A DNA stretch of 64,000 bases from Bilabrum cf. latius (GCA_965178125.1 OZ237753.1:62001-126000), one strand, 5' to 3'; positions 13,760-27,800 are shown, counted from the first letter of the stretch. Notes: generated from the sequence alone by a model not told the origin. Numbers and translations: made by a program.

Positions 13760-13980
13760 AGAAGGGGGGGATCTGATATTTGTGAGACAGATGGAACGTA
13801 GGCCAACCCTGCCTTGACGTTGGCGACTGCCATGGCGAAGTTGTGGTTTTCGGCTGCACCTAGACTACAGGCTGGCAAATTTCTCCGAGGAGTCCCAAGC
13901 CGCCCTGACGAGAGGCCGTTTGGCCTCCGCTGCAGCCCCCCTCGAACTCTTCGAGACAAAGTCGAGGATCCTTTGAGCCC
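13760..13980 (-). repeat. Decayed copy of a dispersed repeat (homologue at 18120-18510)
   Basis: The reverse complement matches 18123-18290 (both encode GAAEN.N.A.A.ANVKAGLA) and shares CAAATATCAGATCCCCCCC with ~18493-18515. Confidence 0.75.
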
Positions 13981-14338
13981 GGTTGCGGGGGGACTCCGGA
14001 TCTGATGTTGCCAACAGTGTGTTATGATCCTAACGCCGTATGGGGTTCGGTGTTGATGCCAGAGTGGGGGCGCGTGAATGTCTCGTTGGGTTCCGATGGC
14101 GGTTGCGACCGGGAAGGTGCGACCAAGCCAACGGATTGCTTGCGATGACGCGCATACCCTCTCTGTGTTCAGGAGAGGGGCGGAGATTGGGTAATTTTTG
14201 CTGAAAGTTCCTGCTAGGTTGCGCGTACACTCCGGCGTCACGTGCAGATAAAACAAGAATTAGGGGCCTAAGGCTAGAACGCCTATATTGAGTAGATCTA
14301 TTGCTTGCTTGTTCACCTTGCCCGTCAGTCATCTCATC

Positions 14339-17149
14339 ATGTTTGTTGTTATAAGCTTGATCTCGGCCTGCTCGTTATTGGTACAACCAAGTGCGGGTCG
14401 CCTGAAGCCAACGACGCGCACCCCAGCACTAGGCGTTTTGTCGGACGCACTGTCGCAACAGCCACAAAGTCGCTGTACAAGCAAGTCATATGGCTCTAGT
14501 TTAGTCATAGGTGGCCTAGGCAATAAATTGTACCAGCAGGCCGCTCATCGAAGCTTGATGGGGCTACTACGGAGGGCTTGCTATCAGATGGCAAACAAAT
14601 ACCGACCGAGTAGCAGTAGCAGTCAGGAATGGAACCAGAAGGCTAGGCGGCAATTTGAAGTGATGTGCCCAAGGGGTGTGTTTCCTACTGAGGCGCTACC
14701 TCCTATTCAAGTCAGGACCGTACTTTTAGACGTATTAGGCACCTTCAGCAAAGCACGACAAGCCATCGCAGCAATGCGGCGAAAAATTGCATGGCCTCAC
14801 ATGCTGCTTTCGCATGTCAATGAGACGGCTCGGACAGTCAACATGTACGATTGCGGGGGAATGTCCCCATGCGGCATGGTGGCGGTCACAATGTGCACAT
14901 CAAGCGAGGAAGTGCTCCGCTGGAGCCCGGCTATGCTCGGGGCCGCCCAGTACAGGGTAAATTAGCTGCGGGGCGTGAATGGAAGCATGCCTCCAGGACA
15001 GGGCATCGCCCTCCCCCAGCTGTTTGCAGACTACCAGCAAACCCAGCCGCCGGGTACCATCCTGGCGATGCCTGGCGACCCTGAGGCTGGGCTGCCCGCG
15101 GGAGTGCAGACGAGTGCGGCTGCAGGGGCGGGGGGCCTCATCGGGACGCTCCAGATGCTCGCACAGGATCCCATGCAGCCGGACAAAGCCGAAAATGTGC
15201 CTCTCAGTGGTTCCAACGGTGGCACCATGGGCCACGATGCCGGCGGTGAAGGAGAGGGGACAGGGGCGGGGTGGTCCGTGGTGACGTACGGGAATGCCGA
15301 GTACCTGGGCCTGGCCATGGCCCATGATGCAGGGTACAAAGAGGTGGCGCGTGCCTTCTCGCCCCCTCGGGCTGTGGCTGCCGTGCTTCGGCTGCAGATG
15401 GCCATGCCGCACAGCTGGGATAGTCACAGCAAGGCTAGGCTCACTCGCTGGCTTGGGGGAGCAAATGAGGAGTGCTTCACAGATCGATGGAGGAAATCCA
15501 GCCTCCTGGCCGACTTAGGTCTCATGTGTGGCGACGGGGGCCGCAGAGGTGCCTCGGGATGGGAGACGGACAGACAGCGGGGCATCATGATGACCGGGCG
15601 GGAGGGGGAACCATCCCCCGCGCCACCGAGGTGCATTGGCACTGAGGTGCTGCAGGCGCCCGGCCTCCTGGATCGAGCCAGCCGCTACCACAAGGGGAAG
15701 CTGCCCTGGGTGGAGGAAGCCAAGGCCCAGTAGATCTAGAGCACGGAGCGCGGGTGGGAACTCGTGGGAGCCGGTGTGACGAGTGGCCCCGAGGCCCGCG
15801 CAGTGGTGCAGCGCGGGGTCGATCTGCACGAGGCTGCCGTTCGTCACCTGCGGAATTCATCGTCGATCCCTTTTTCTTTCTCCTCACCCTCTTGCGAGTC
15901 CCTTCTTGAGACGGAGCTAGCAGTGGCAGGGCGTGTGGCGGACAACCCATGGGAGGAGGAATTTGAAGATGAAAATGATGCAGTGTCAGGGAACAACGAA
16001 GCGGTGCCACCGGATTCGCCCAGAGCACCGGTCACGCCAGCAGACCTGGCCAAAGCCCGCAAGGAGGCAGCCAAGCTGCTGGCACCCACCCTGCGAGCCG
16101 GCATCCCCGAGGCTGGGGGCCCCAAGCTCGTGTGCCTTCACTACCGAACGTTCGCTCCAATCTACCCGGGGTTCCGCTGGCATCCCCCGGGCCAGTATCT
16201 TGAGGAGGCCTTGGCCCTGGCGGCAGCTGACGCGGTGCCGTGGGCGTTCCGGAGGGCGGTGCTGGCAGTCACGGGAATCGATCCTGGGACCGGGCGGGCT
16301 CCAAGCGAGGCGGATCCCCGCGAGAGCGGCAGCACTGCAGGTGGGGCCGCGAACGAGGAGGACGGGGCCTGGGAGGAAGAGGAGGACGGCAAGCCTGCGG
16401 GGCTGTCGCTGCCCCTCGTGGTCCGTGCTCTGTCCTCTCGGCGTGGAGCTGCCCTGGAGGTGCTGAGGAAGCTGTAGCACCAGGGGCACATCCGGCTGCA
16501 GCTTGCGACCATCTCGGGGGACGCGCTTCGGAAGGCCCATTCGAACCTGTTCTACCTGATGGTACAGATCCACGACGCGGTCAAGTGGGAGTGGAGGCAG
16601 GAGTGGCGGCTGGAGCACGAGGACAGGGGCGAGAACCAGGGCGGGAGCGAGCTCATCGACCTCTGGGCCCTCTCGCTGTGTGACGAGCTCGTGCACTCGT
16701 CATCCACCTTCAGCACCTGGGCGGGGCTCATCGGGGAGGCTGCTGTCAGGGCCACGGCGGAGGGAATGAAGCGCGCGGTCGTGCGTGGCGGCCGCCGGGC
16801 TGCATCGCACGAAGGCGACGCGGGGAGGATCCCGCTGGGCGACCTGTCGGTGCCCCCGCGGCGGTGCAGCGTGACCGCGCCAGGCGGTTACCTGTTTCAG
16901 TTCGAAGAGGACCCGCAGTTGGGGCCCCCCTCCAGCGGGTGCTCCCGGCTCGTGAAGGAATGGTGGCATGCGCAGCGGGCTGCCTGGGTGGGGCCCCGCG
17001 GCGTGGCGCAGGACCTGTGGGAGGCGGCGTCTTAGAAGGAAGCCCAGGTCACCTTTGATCGACACGCTCGCCTCTACAGACTTGGCTGGGGTGGGTAGCT
17101 TGGCAACCATTCTCTTGGGTCTCCGAGGATCGGGCCGTACATGGCCTGA
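14339..17149 (+). CDS. GT11-like (alpha-1,2-fucosyltransferase-like) glycosyltransferase (~936 aa)
   Basis: Signal/anchor; GGLGNKLYQ, VCLHYR and DLWALSLCDELVHSSSTFSTWAG resemble GT11 motifs. Four ORFs in one frame are joined across TAG 14963, 15731, 15737, 16475, 17033 and 17096; TGA stop. Confidence 0.75.
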
Positions 17150-17263
17150 ACCAGCTGTTGAGGATCACCAGGTCATGTGTTACGTCGCCAATTGCAGGTA
17201 AGCTCGCAGATATCATGAAAGCATTGTCTGACGCATAAGCAATTGATTTCAACAACAAAAAAT

Positions 17264-17770
17264 TTAAAGCTTGCCCTGCTTCTTTGACTTTGACTGGGTT
17301 GAGGTCTTCCTCGCGGCATCCGCCGTTGCTTGCTGCTCAGCCAGCAAGATGGACCGGATTCTGTTCCTGGCTTCGTCCTGTGTCGCACTTGGTGGCGCAC
17401 CCATTGCCGCGGAAATATCCTAATGACCATTCTCTGCAGAAGTTTCCCGCGGCGTTCCAGTGTCATCGCTGTCATCCTGCGCAGCTTCGTCCGCACTTTC
17501 GTCGTCGTCGGGGCAGCCTTTCCGCCTGAATGCATCATACTAACAGCCGAGACCATACAAGCTAAGCAGAGTCATAGAACCAAATACTGCGCTCCAGGTC
17601 TTATTGTCCTCGTAGATCATGAAGTAGAACACTGCGTTGCCAAAAACGCAGCACACGTTGCCAAGAAGGAGGAAGAAATCCTGCTTCTAGTTGATACCCA
17701 TTCCTGCAAACAATGCAGTACCTGCTATCATGCATACAGCTAAAATTTGTGCAAGCTGGTTCTGATTCAT
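17264..17770 (-). CDS. Small membrane protein with acidic then basic tail (168 aa), absent from the ORF track
   Basis: MNQNQLAQILAVCMIAGTALFAGMGIN[TAG]KQDFFLLLGNVCCVFGNAVFYFMIY...SKSKKQGKL. Three hydrophobic segments, three in-frame TAG (17689, 17542, 17422), ends TAA. Confidence 0.6.
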
Positions 17771-17888
17771 TGAATTACTTCAAACTCAGGAATTGGTGCA
17801 GAGGGATCGAGCAATGAAGTCGGGCTGTATATTTCAATTTCATCTGTGTGAGTGTGTTTGTAGCCCACAAATAGCGATCCTCGAATAT

Positions 17889-17961
17889 GCACATATGGCG
17901 CAGTTGGAAGCGCGCGAGTTTACGGTTCTCGAGGTCCCGGGATCGAGACCCGGTATGTGTT
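17889..17961 (+). tRNA. tRNA-Arg(ACG)
   Basis: Cloverleaf: acceptor GCACATA/TATGTGT, D arm GCGC-AGTTGGAA-GCGC (A20), anticodon arm CGAGT-TTACGGT-TCTCG, T arm CCGGG-ATCGAGA-CCCGG. T-runs follow downstream. Confidence 0.85.
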
Positions 17962-18059
17962 ACGTTTTCCGCTTTTTCCCGGGGTCAGAATTAAGCTGGA
18001 TTAGCCCTTCCTGAGTGTAACTCCACGTTATGGGGCTCGCGGCTGAACACTTTTATTGA

Positions 18060-18520
18060 TTTGCACGCAACTGAGCCGATACCAGACGGCCACAATATGT
18101 ACTCACGGGTCATGCAGGACCACTCAAGGATCCTCGATTTTGTCTCGAAGGGATCGAGGAGGGCTGCAGCGAAGGCCAAACGGGCGCTCGCAAGGGCGGT
18201 CCGGGAGGACTTTGCCAGCCTGGCTGTAGGGGCAGCCGAAAACAACAACCTCGCCGTGGCGATCGCCAACGTCAAGGCAGGGTTGGCTCAGAACGGGCAG
18301 CAGGACGGGGTGCCGGCAGCGGGCGCCGGAGGGAACGTGAATGCTGACGCTCCCCAGCCTGAGGGGGACATGGGTCCTCAGGGTGGAGCTTAGGTGGTTT
18401 AGGCCATTGCAGCTGAAGCGTGAAGTCTGGTAGGTCCCGGGCCCTCGTTCCAGATGTTTCTTCGTGATAGCGTGCGCTTTTGAGGTGAGTACACAAAATA
18501 TCAGATCCCCCCCCCCCCCA
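18060..18520 (+). mobile_element. Dispersed repeat, probable 3' fragment of a non-LTR retrotransposon
   Basis: Second copy of the 13760-13980 repeat. The peptide ...AVREDFASLAVGAAENNNLAVAIA loosely resembles the extreme C-terminus of RLE-type LINE ORFs. Confidence 0.4.
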
Positions 18521-18871
18521 GACGGCCGTCAGGCTCCTCAGTGAGTCCTCACTCCTATCAAGAAATAAGTACGAACTGCTCAAGCGTGAGTAAACATGAG
18601 AAGCGCTAGACTTGTTCAAAACACCCAACCACCACTCTCGGCGGGGGTGCCTTTGCCCCCCGTCATCCTTCGCTAGTGTGCAGCTCGCAGCTCGTGAAGC
18701 ACCCCACGGACGGCCATCGAGGCTGACGTGGTAGGTGCGAGCCGCGAGGGCCACCAGCCGGCGGCCCCTCACCAGCTCAAACCAAACTACTGAGGGTAGG
18801 TGGATGTCGTTTATCCACCGCCACTAAGTGCAATATACACGGAATCCATTGAACTCTGCGTGAATGGCATT

Positions 18872-21800
18872 ATCGAAGATGAAGACAACTTTACACCCCG
18901 GGCCAAGGCGGCGCGTGCCATCACCACAACACCGCGTGCTCACCTCGAGCGACACCAAAACAGTACATTTTCCGGCGTTTGCCTGTCGGGATTTGGTTAC
19001 AACACATGTAAGTAATAAAATTCTCTCGGCAATTTGTGTGTGCATAGCTATCTCTGGCCCTGTGTGCCGTTTCAAGGCAAGAAGAAGTGGCACGCGCCAC
19101 TTTACCACAACTTGACTTGCGATGAATATCCACCTCCGCCGCAGCAGAAGGGCATCATGAAGGCTGTATTATGTTCAATAGCAGTTGCTTTGAGTTTGGC
19201 GGCCGCATCGGACCCCCTTAAGGACGGTCTTGGCGATGACGTGGAGCTGCTCATCCACCTGGACTTTTCAACCAATTCGTATGGGCGAGTACTCACGCAG
19301 AAGAACTCTGATAAGGCAAAGCTAGGCTCTGGGTCTTGGCAAGGCTTGCGTGCGGCGTACACCGCGTTCTCCAACACGTAGATGTCGCCGTGGGTGTACA
19401 CGAGTCGAGTGGGGTGCTTCTCAGCCGCCTACATGACCAGCTCCGTCATCATGGAGTACGTCCCGGCGACAACTGAAGCGGCTGATATGAAGAAGATTGA
19501 TATCAGTAGCAGCCACAACAGGTACATTTTTGCGGTCGGACAGCCTTACACGTACCCAATGCCATTGTATCCTTGGGAGGTCATCAGTATGGGTGAGAGA
19601 CGTACAGCGCCTGTTGCACTCTCGTATGTCACAATCAGCCGCAAGGGTCTGCAGCGTTGTGGTGATGCCTGATTGTACAGGTTGGCATAGCATTGGCACG
19701 TCGTCCAAGTATCCATGATTCGCACGTTCTGTGTCGCAGGCCGCATCGTCAGGAGCTACGGTCAGCGAGTCCGCAACGGCTGGAACCTCGGCTGGGACGG
19801 CACCGTGACTTAGTACTACTACGCCAACCCGGCTTCTGCCAGAAACCGGCCCGTGCTTGGATTCATGGGCCGGTCTGGAACCGCTGGCTCAGCCAATTCG
19901 CAGGCACAGGCGTCGCTCAAGAAGGAGGAGCTGCCGTACAACTTCGGTTTCTCCTCGTATAGCGGCTGGCGTGACGAGAACCCGATGGTGATGGCGGGGT
20001 GGACCAAGAAGGTAGGAACAGAGCACCAGTTCCACGTGGGTCTGAACGACGACATCTCCGAGAGCCCTGCCTCGGGCACTAGGAACCAACAGACGTTCCA
20101 AGGCGTGTCGGCCTCGTATTCGAGCCTGCGGGACTTCACCGGAGCCGTCTACTCAACTGGTGAGCAACATTGGAGCTGTTGTTGCAAAAGCACGAGCCTG
20201 TATAGCCCATGCGTGATGCCCTTGTCTCCTTGATTCCTTGCTCTCGCAGCCAGCCGCCTCCGCATCGGCAGGGACTATGGGGAGGTGCAGGGGCGCACCG
20301 TCAACGGGATGCCGTACATAGTGAGTTTTCCGCATGCTTTGACAAATGGATTGCATGTCAGCGGCTGTGGCAATTAGACTGGTGTCTCCTTCTACAACCA
20401 CATGAATCCCCCCTCCGCAGAACGAGATCAGGCCGAGGAGCGGCCTCAGTTACATGCTCGAGTACCTCGTTTACACAGCCCCCGCCGACAAGCCCATGAA
20501 CACCACCACCATGAAGCGGATCAGTACTCATCTTCAGAACAAGTACAAGCCCTCAGTGCTCCCTGCAGTCAGCCAGCTGGTCCCCACCAGCTGGCTGCCC
20601 GACTACCAGAACGAGCTAAGCCGATCCGGATGCGGCACCTACAACTCTACATCACGGACCTACTCGCTGCCACTAACCCGAAACTCTGCCTGTTACATGT
20701 ATTGTAACGGAGGAAGGAGTTTCTCTCAGGGGTACTACATGTCCTGGTCCAGGACAAACTGGTACACGTACGGCTACGCAAGCTCCGGCACCTGGGGCAG
20801 CGGGATGGGACGGTGCGGGCGGAACTGCCCCAACCTGGGCATGCCCGAGAATACTGAATCCTGCAGGCGCGTGCACAACTACATGGGCTTCGGGGACGAC
20901 CTGGACGAGCTCAAGAGCAAGGAAGGACCTGAGTGGTATCCCATGCTTGTGCCGCTGCCCGCTTTTACTGCCTCCATCAACGCGGCAGGCGACGCCTGGA
21001 AGGTCGAGAACGAGCGGCTGGTGCACAAGGATGCTAGCGGGGGAGGCGGATGCCCCTCTGGATCATCGTCCACAAACGCCAAGCCCGTTGCTGACTTTGA
21101 CTACCTTGGAGCCATGGGCAGCGCGCAGACATACCGGCACACATTCGGCCGCACGCTCAATGTCGAGGCCAAGTTCATCATTCCGGAGGGGACGAGGGCG
21201 CAGCTGCTGCTCCGCAAGACCACTTCTCTCACTAGCGGATACGCTGTCAGCCTCAAGGGCGGCGAGGACAGGCACCACATGACCTACTGGAGCTATGGGT
21301 ACGACGCGACGGAGCGCAGGTGGATGTACACCGAGACGGAAGTCCGTTTTACAAAGGACTGCAGTATCCCAACGGACGACACGGAGGAGCCCCAGCTCAT
21401 CCGAGCCGAGCAGGACGCCACCAATATCAAGGTGTACTGCGGTGACGAGCTCGTGTCCACGTTCAGCGATCCGTCCCGGAGCGTCCCACTCAACTTCGGC
21501 ATGCAGGGCATTGCGGCGCAGGGCGACGGCGTGGAGATCGACGATTTCAAGGTGTGGACTGACTGCAAGGACAGCACGCAGTGCGATGGGATCGTGACTG
21601 GCGAGTTCTGCGAATTCCAGTGCAGGGCGGGATACGTGGCCGTTGCCGATTCGGAAGAGATGAGGTCCTGCGACTCGAACGGTGACTTTGCTGGCGAGGA
21701 CCTCAAGTGCCAGCCGGCGCCCCCGACCATCCCCGACTTGGATGATGCGCTGGAGGTGGAGGAGCGCGTGATGCCCGGCACGCTGGTGGGCAGCCCCATC

Positions 21801-24800
21801 CAGGGCACCACACTGAGCGACGACCAGGCCATCCTGTGGTCCATCAAGCCGGAAGGGAACAACGACGGGCAGACAAAGGACGCCAGCGATAACTTCTTAC
21901 CGGTGTTCACGATCGGGCTGTGTGACGGCTAGATCAAGGTGGCCAATGCTATCTTGGACTACGCCGTCAAGACCCAGTACGTGATCACTGTGGTGGGCAA
22001 GACGGACGGCAAGGATATCGCTGCCAGCGAGGTCGACGTGACCATCAACGTGCTGGACCGCAACGACCCGCCCGTCATGGACTAGATGGATCCCGTGATG
22101 GTCACCGTGAACGAGAACTCTGCAGTGGGTACCAACGTGGTGCCAGGGCCGTTTACTGCTACCGACCCAGACGGCGAGACTGAGTTCAAGTGGGAGATCC
22201 TGGCCGGCAACGATGACGGCTTCTTCACGATCGGCGAGTCATCGGGCCAGCTGTCGGTGGCCAAAGAGGGTCTCAACTATGAGGAGAAGAAAGAGCACCT
22301 GCTGTTCGTGACCGTGGCGGATGCAGAGGGCCTCAATGACGGGCGTGCTATCAACGTGACTCTCAACGACGTCAACGATCCTCCGGAGGTACCACCTACT
22401 GTCCACGTGGTGGGCGAGCTCAACGCAACTGCGGGTTTCCCCATTGCGGTGCTGGAGTAGGATGATGAGGACAACGATGACATCGATTACAGCATCGTGT
22501 CGGTCACTCGGCTACCTGACTTCGTGGATGGAAACTTCCTCACCGACACATCCACGACTCGCGAAGCACTGCCGCCGAACGAGATCGTCTTTGATCTCCG
22601 GGACACGCCCGCCACTAATGACCCCACCGGCACCAAGCAGCTCGAGTTCAAGGTAGACCTGACCTACCACACGGCCCCCCAGGAAGACGACCCCATGTAC
22701 CCCATCGAGTACGAGGGCAGGCTAGTGAGGGGCGTGTACGAGGTCGAGCTAGCGGCCGATGATGGGCGCGTGTCGACTCCCACCGTGGGCAAGCAGATGG
22801 TCATCATCGCGTCCGACCTCACCGCTCGGGACCTGGCCTCTGAGCCTCTGCTGACTGCTGTGCAGGTGTGCGACGGACAGTGCAACGACCAGGTGCGGGA
22901 GGAGGATGAGTACGTCTACCGGGCCATGCTGACTAGGGGGACTGCCGGGGGGCGCACCCAGGGCGTGAGGCTGCTGGGGCTCAACCTCGTAGAGACCACA
23001 AACCTCAAGGTGTGGTACGAATCGGTCAACATGATGCCCAAGCTGTCGTACAATGCCACCAACTGCGTGGTAAAGAAGAGCGGTGACATGGATGACGAGG
23101 GCAACGACCTCGACTACATGACGTGCTAGGTGCCTCCAGGCGTGGGACGTGGCCTGCGGTGGCACGTGGTCATGCGGGGGGAACAGGTGCGTACCCTGGA
23201 GCCGCTGTTCGCCGACTACGGAGCACCTGCCGTGACCTCCATCGCCGGCCCCAACGACCTCGTCAACACGCGGCCCATGAGCACGGCAGGCGGTGAGACG
23301 ATCATCCTGACTGGCACCAACTTGGGCTTCGAAGGGATGGACCTGAACCTGGTGCAGGTCAGGTACGGCTTCTAGTCCGACCTCATGGGTCCCGTGGATG
23401 CTAGCAACTTTGACAGTTTGCCATTCTAGGCGTCTGTGCAGGCGGATGGGGTGGAGTACGGCGAGCTGAGAGTCAAGACCGACGAGGGGTACGGGCAGGG
23501 ACTGAGCCTGTACGTGCGCGTGGGAGGGACTGTGTCAGAGGTGGCTGCTGCGGACCAGATCGAGTACGCCGCTCCTGCGGTGACGAGTGTGAGCGTGCCA
23601 GCCGGATCCATGCACGGCTTGGACTCGATGGACACTGCGGGCGGCGAGACCATCGTGGTGGAAGGTCGCAACTTCGGGCCCATGACCGACATCAGCTCAA
23701 GGGCGCTTGTGCCCCGCGTGTCGTATGGCACCAGGCCCAGCACCATCCCCGGGCTGGTGACTGGCATTGGTGATCACGAGTACGTGAGCGACGTGACGTG
23801 CACCAAGGACGTCGGATCGGAGCACACGAGGCTGACATGCACCACGGGGGCTGGTGTGGGCCGGAACCACCGCCTCAAGGTGGTGATGCCAGGGCAGGTG
23901 TCCACCACATTCGACCTGGAGAGCAGCCCCTCCTCGGAGCAGCTGAGCTACCTGCCACCGGTGATCACCCGCGTGTTCGGGCCTGGTGCCAAGGAGGCCT
24001 CCACCTCTGGAGGCGATCTGGTGGAGATCGACGGCGAGCACTTCGGACCTGTGGCCATGAACGCCATCGAGTTGGTGCAGTTCGGGCTGGAGAGCGATTT
24101 CCCGGCAGGTAGCGACCTGTACGAAATGGACCAGGACGAGGCCACGGGGGCATGCGAGGTGGTGCGTGACCCGGCCAGGCACGGTGTCAGCCGCGTCAAC
24201 TGCCGACTGATCCCGGGCCGCGGTGCGGGCTACTCTTGGGCCCTGCGCGTGGGCGGGCAGATGACCGAGGCCATCTTCGAGGCTAACTCGAGCTACTCTG
24301 CCCCCACCATTGCAGGCTTTGACGACGTCTCCGATGCCGAGAACATCGATGCGGTGAAGCAAGGTCGCACGGAGGGCGGAGACCTCATAGAGATCTATGG
24401 CGACAACTTCGGCCCTGTGATGGACGACCACGTGGCCATCTCGTACAGGCTGGTCATGGCCCGCTTCGACGAGAGCGGCAATGCGATCGACCCCGAGATC
24501 AGGACGTTCGCCGTGGATGGCAGCAGCTGCAGCATGGTGGTGGATCACAAGCGGATCCGGTGCGAGCTGGCCGTGGGTGGCGGTGCCGACCTCAAGTGGA
24601 CCATGGTGGTGGCTGGGCTGACTTCCAGAGACCCGGTGACTGCGTATGCTCTGCCCGTGATCGACTCGATCGAGCGCTTCAACGGGGCTGGGCTGTTCCC
24701 TGCCACGGTGAGTGGCGAGCCGATCTCGGTGGACCCCATGCCCGCCATGCCTTAGGACCGGCAGCTGAGCCCCGAGGGCGGAGACTACGTGGAGCTCGTG

Positions 24801-27800
24801 GGCCGCAACTTCGGGCCGTCGGGAGACAATCAGCTGCTGCAGGAGGTGCGCTTCGGCAACGGGGCCCACCAGTACGTGCTGCCTGAGTCCGAGTACCGCA
24901 TCATGACGGACCACCAGAGGATCAGGGTACGGGTGCCCCCAGGTGTGGGAGCCAATATGCGGTTCGTGGTAGTTGTGGCCGACTAGGAGTCGCCCGAGTC
25001 CCAATCCACCGTGTCGTATGCCGCGCCCGAAGTCATGTCAATCTCACCTGCCTTCGGGCACGCGCAGCAGGACGAAGAGAGCCCCCAGATGGTCAAGGTG
25101 ACAGGCAGGCACTTTGGATTCGCGGACAGCCGATCCACGCTGACTGTCAACTTTGGCCACGCTACAGACGGCACGATGACTGCCGGCATCGCAACCACGG
25201 AGCCGATGTCTGGCACTGCTCGCTTCGAGCCTGCTGCTGGCAATGCCACGTACCCAGCCGGATACGACCGGGACGCTGTGCAGACGGTCAAGTTCGCGCT
25301 GCCCTCTGGAGTGGGCAAGGACAGGGCGGTGGTGCTGGTCAACTCACCCGCGGGCTTCCCCCAGCTTGCACTTCGCAGCGCCGTGGACATGTAGGCCTAC
25401 ACGACCATGGTGACCGAGGGACCCATCAATGCGTCCGTGGTGGTGACCGACCCCAAGGTGTTCACCTACCAGAACCCCTCGATCGACTTCCTCTCGCTGG
25501 ATCCCATCGGCACCACGGGCCCGTACGCCAACCAGCGGGCCAACTTGTTCCCCGGACAGGAAGGCATCAAGCTGCTGCGCGTGTACGGCCGCAACTTTGG
25601 TGCCTCGGCGCAGGAGCTCAACGACCAGGTGGAGCGCAAGGTGCTCATCGCGCCCTCGGACGACCAGTCGGACTTCTCGGCAGATACGGGCCGCGTGCAG
25701 GTGGTGGACTGGACCGACACCGTGATTGAGGTCATGACCGATGTGGACTCTGGGTTCGCGAAGGTTCACCTGGGTTCCTTCTCATACGACGGTGCCATGG
25801 AGAAGAGCCAGACGTCTCCTGCCGCCCAGTACTACGACGTGTCTCCCCAGGTGGCAGGTCTGCAGGGAGCCGACGCCTTCAACACGGCGGGAGGGGAGAT
25901 CCTCGAGCTCAAGGTGGCCCGCATCGGGCAGGCACAGAGCATCCAGGTGGACGTGGGTGGACAGCCGTGCCCGCTGGTGCTACCATCCGACCCGTCGCAG
26001 ACTGTGTCCGACGCCGACTTCCCCACTGTGATCCTACAGGCCCAGGTGGATGCCGATCCGAGCTACAACTCGCTCATTGACGCGGACAATGGAGGCATGC
26101 AGTGGGACATCGCCTGCGTGATGCCGGCTGGACCCCGCGGCGAGTTCGTGAACGACGGCTCGCAGGTGCCGGTGGTGGTGCAGCGCTTCTCGGCCGGCAG
26201 CGATGGCATCGTGTCTGGTCCGCAGTATATCTCGTACGCGCCTCCGTCCATCACAGAGGTACAGGTCTGGCACGATACGTCGGCCAATCCATCCGGACAG
26301 CCCGACGAGGTGTTCACTCCAACGGACGGCGTGGTATACACACCTACTCGAGGGGCCATCATGCGCATTGTGGGTGAGAACTTCGGGCTGTGCCCCCAGG
26401 TGCGCCTCGGCTTCGGCAACATGTTCGAGATGGGCGAGCAGTACCAGGATGAGACATCTGCGTGCAGACACACGACCCAGGACCCGGCCCGCCGCAGCCG
26501 CTCGCACACCATGCTGGAGCTGCGTGTGCCCCAGGGCGAGGGCGATGGCACGGACCCGGCCCTGGGAGGCATGCCGTTTGCCTTCCGCGTGACGGTGGGC
26601 GGGCAGGACTCACAGCCCATGGTGCACTCCCACACGCCCCCCGCCATTCAGAGCGTGACCCTCAACGGACTGCCCAGGGGACCTACCCGCGGCGGTGTGC
26701 GCGTGCTAGTGCGCGGCACCAACTTCGGCGAGCCCAGTCCGCTGCAGGCGGACACTGGAGTGGTGGCTCAGCTGGCCGTGCACATCGGCCGCGACAGCTC
26801 TCTCTCCCAGGAACGTGCCGCCGAGCAGGAGATCACCGACACGAGCGCGCCCGGCATGCTCAACTGCTCCGACCCCGTGCGCATCCCCGCGCCCGCCAAC
26901 CGCCCCGCCTACGACGAGATGGAGTGCACTCTGGCTGAGGGCACCGGTGCTCGTCTGGATGCAGTGGTCAGCGTGGCAGGCGTGCGGTCGGAGCCGCTGC
27001 AGGACGCCTTCGCGTACATGAAGCCCTCCATCACAGGCGCCACTGTGTACGCCGCCACTGCCAGCCAGGAGGTGGTGCAGGCCGAGGACGGCACCACGCA
27101 GGTGACTGTGCGCCGCGGACCTGCGGCGGGCTTCTACGAGGTCGAGCTGGATGGCGAGAACTTTGGAGCCAGAGATAACGACACCTCCTGCGCCTTTGTG
27201 GCATGGCCCAACAGGGACGCAGAGGAGAGCGCGGCGCCGCTGGGGACTCGCCTGCGGAACCTGGTGTGCGACCACTCGGAGACTGTGTACGGCGAGGGCG
27301 AAGTGTGGCACGGGCACGTGCTGAGCTGGACCCACGACAGGGTGCGGCTGTTGATGCCTCCGGGCGTGGGCATGCGCGACATCACCCTGCGTGTGCGCGG
27401 ACAGCAGCCCGAGGGCGCCATGCAAGGGCCCAAGCTCAGGGGCATGCAGGCCGGCATCGAGGGTGTGGCGTTTCAGTACAACGACCCTGAGATCGACTCG
27501 ATCGAGGCGCTACCCAACAGCGTATTTGACATCCCCACGGCGGGAGGGGCGCAGCTCGTGCTCAAGGGCAGGAACTTCGGCCGCGGGCCCATCACCAACC
27601 CCAACGTGCTGCAGTCAGCGGCACAGACCTTCGTGGCGGGAAGCGTGCCACTGCCCCTGCACACCCCCGAGGGCGACGGCGAGCTGGACATGGGCACCAG
27701 CAGCCTGCCGCAGGGCGTGCTGCCCACGGCCGGCATGGCGGTGCAGTTCTACCGTGCCTGCCTCTCCGTGGCGCGAGGCCTGGATGGCACCTCCCAGCTG

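Noticed and set aside
17919-17927. Suppressor tRNA with a TTA anticodon
   Set aside because: TTA occurs in the loop, but canonical positions 34-36 are ACG and A20 supports Arg. No CUA-anticodon tRNA was seen in this window.
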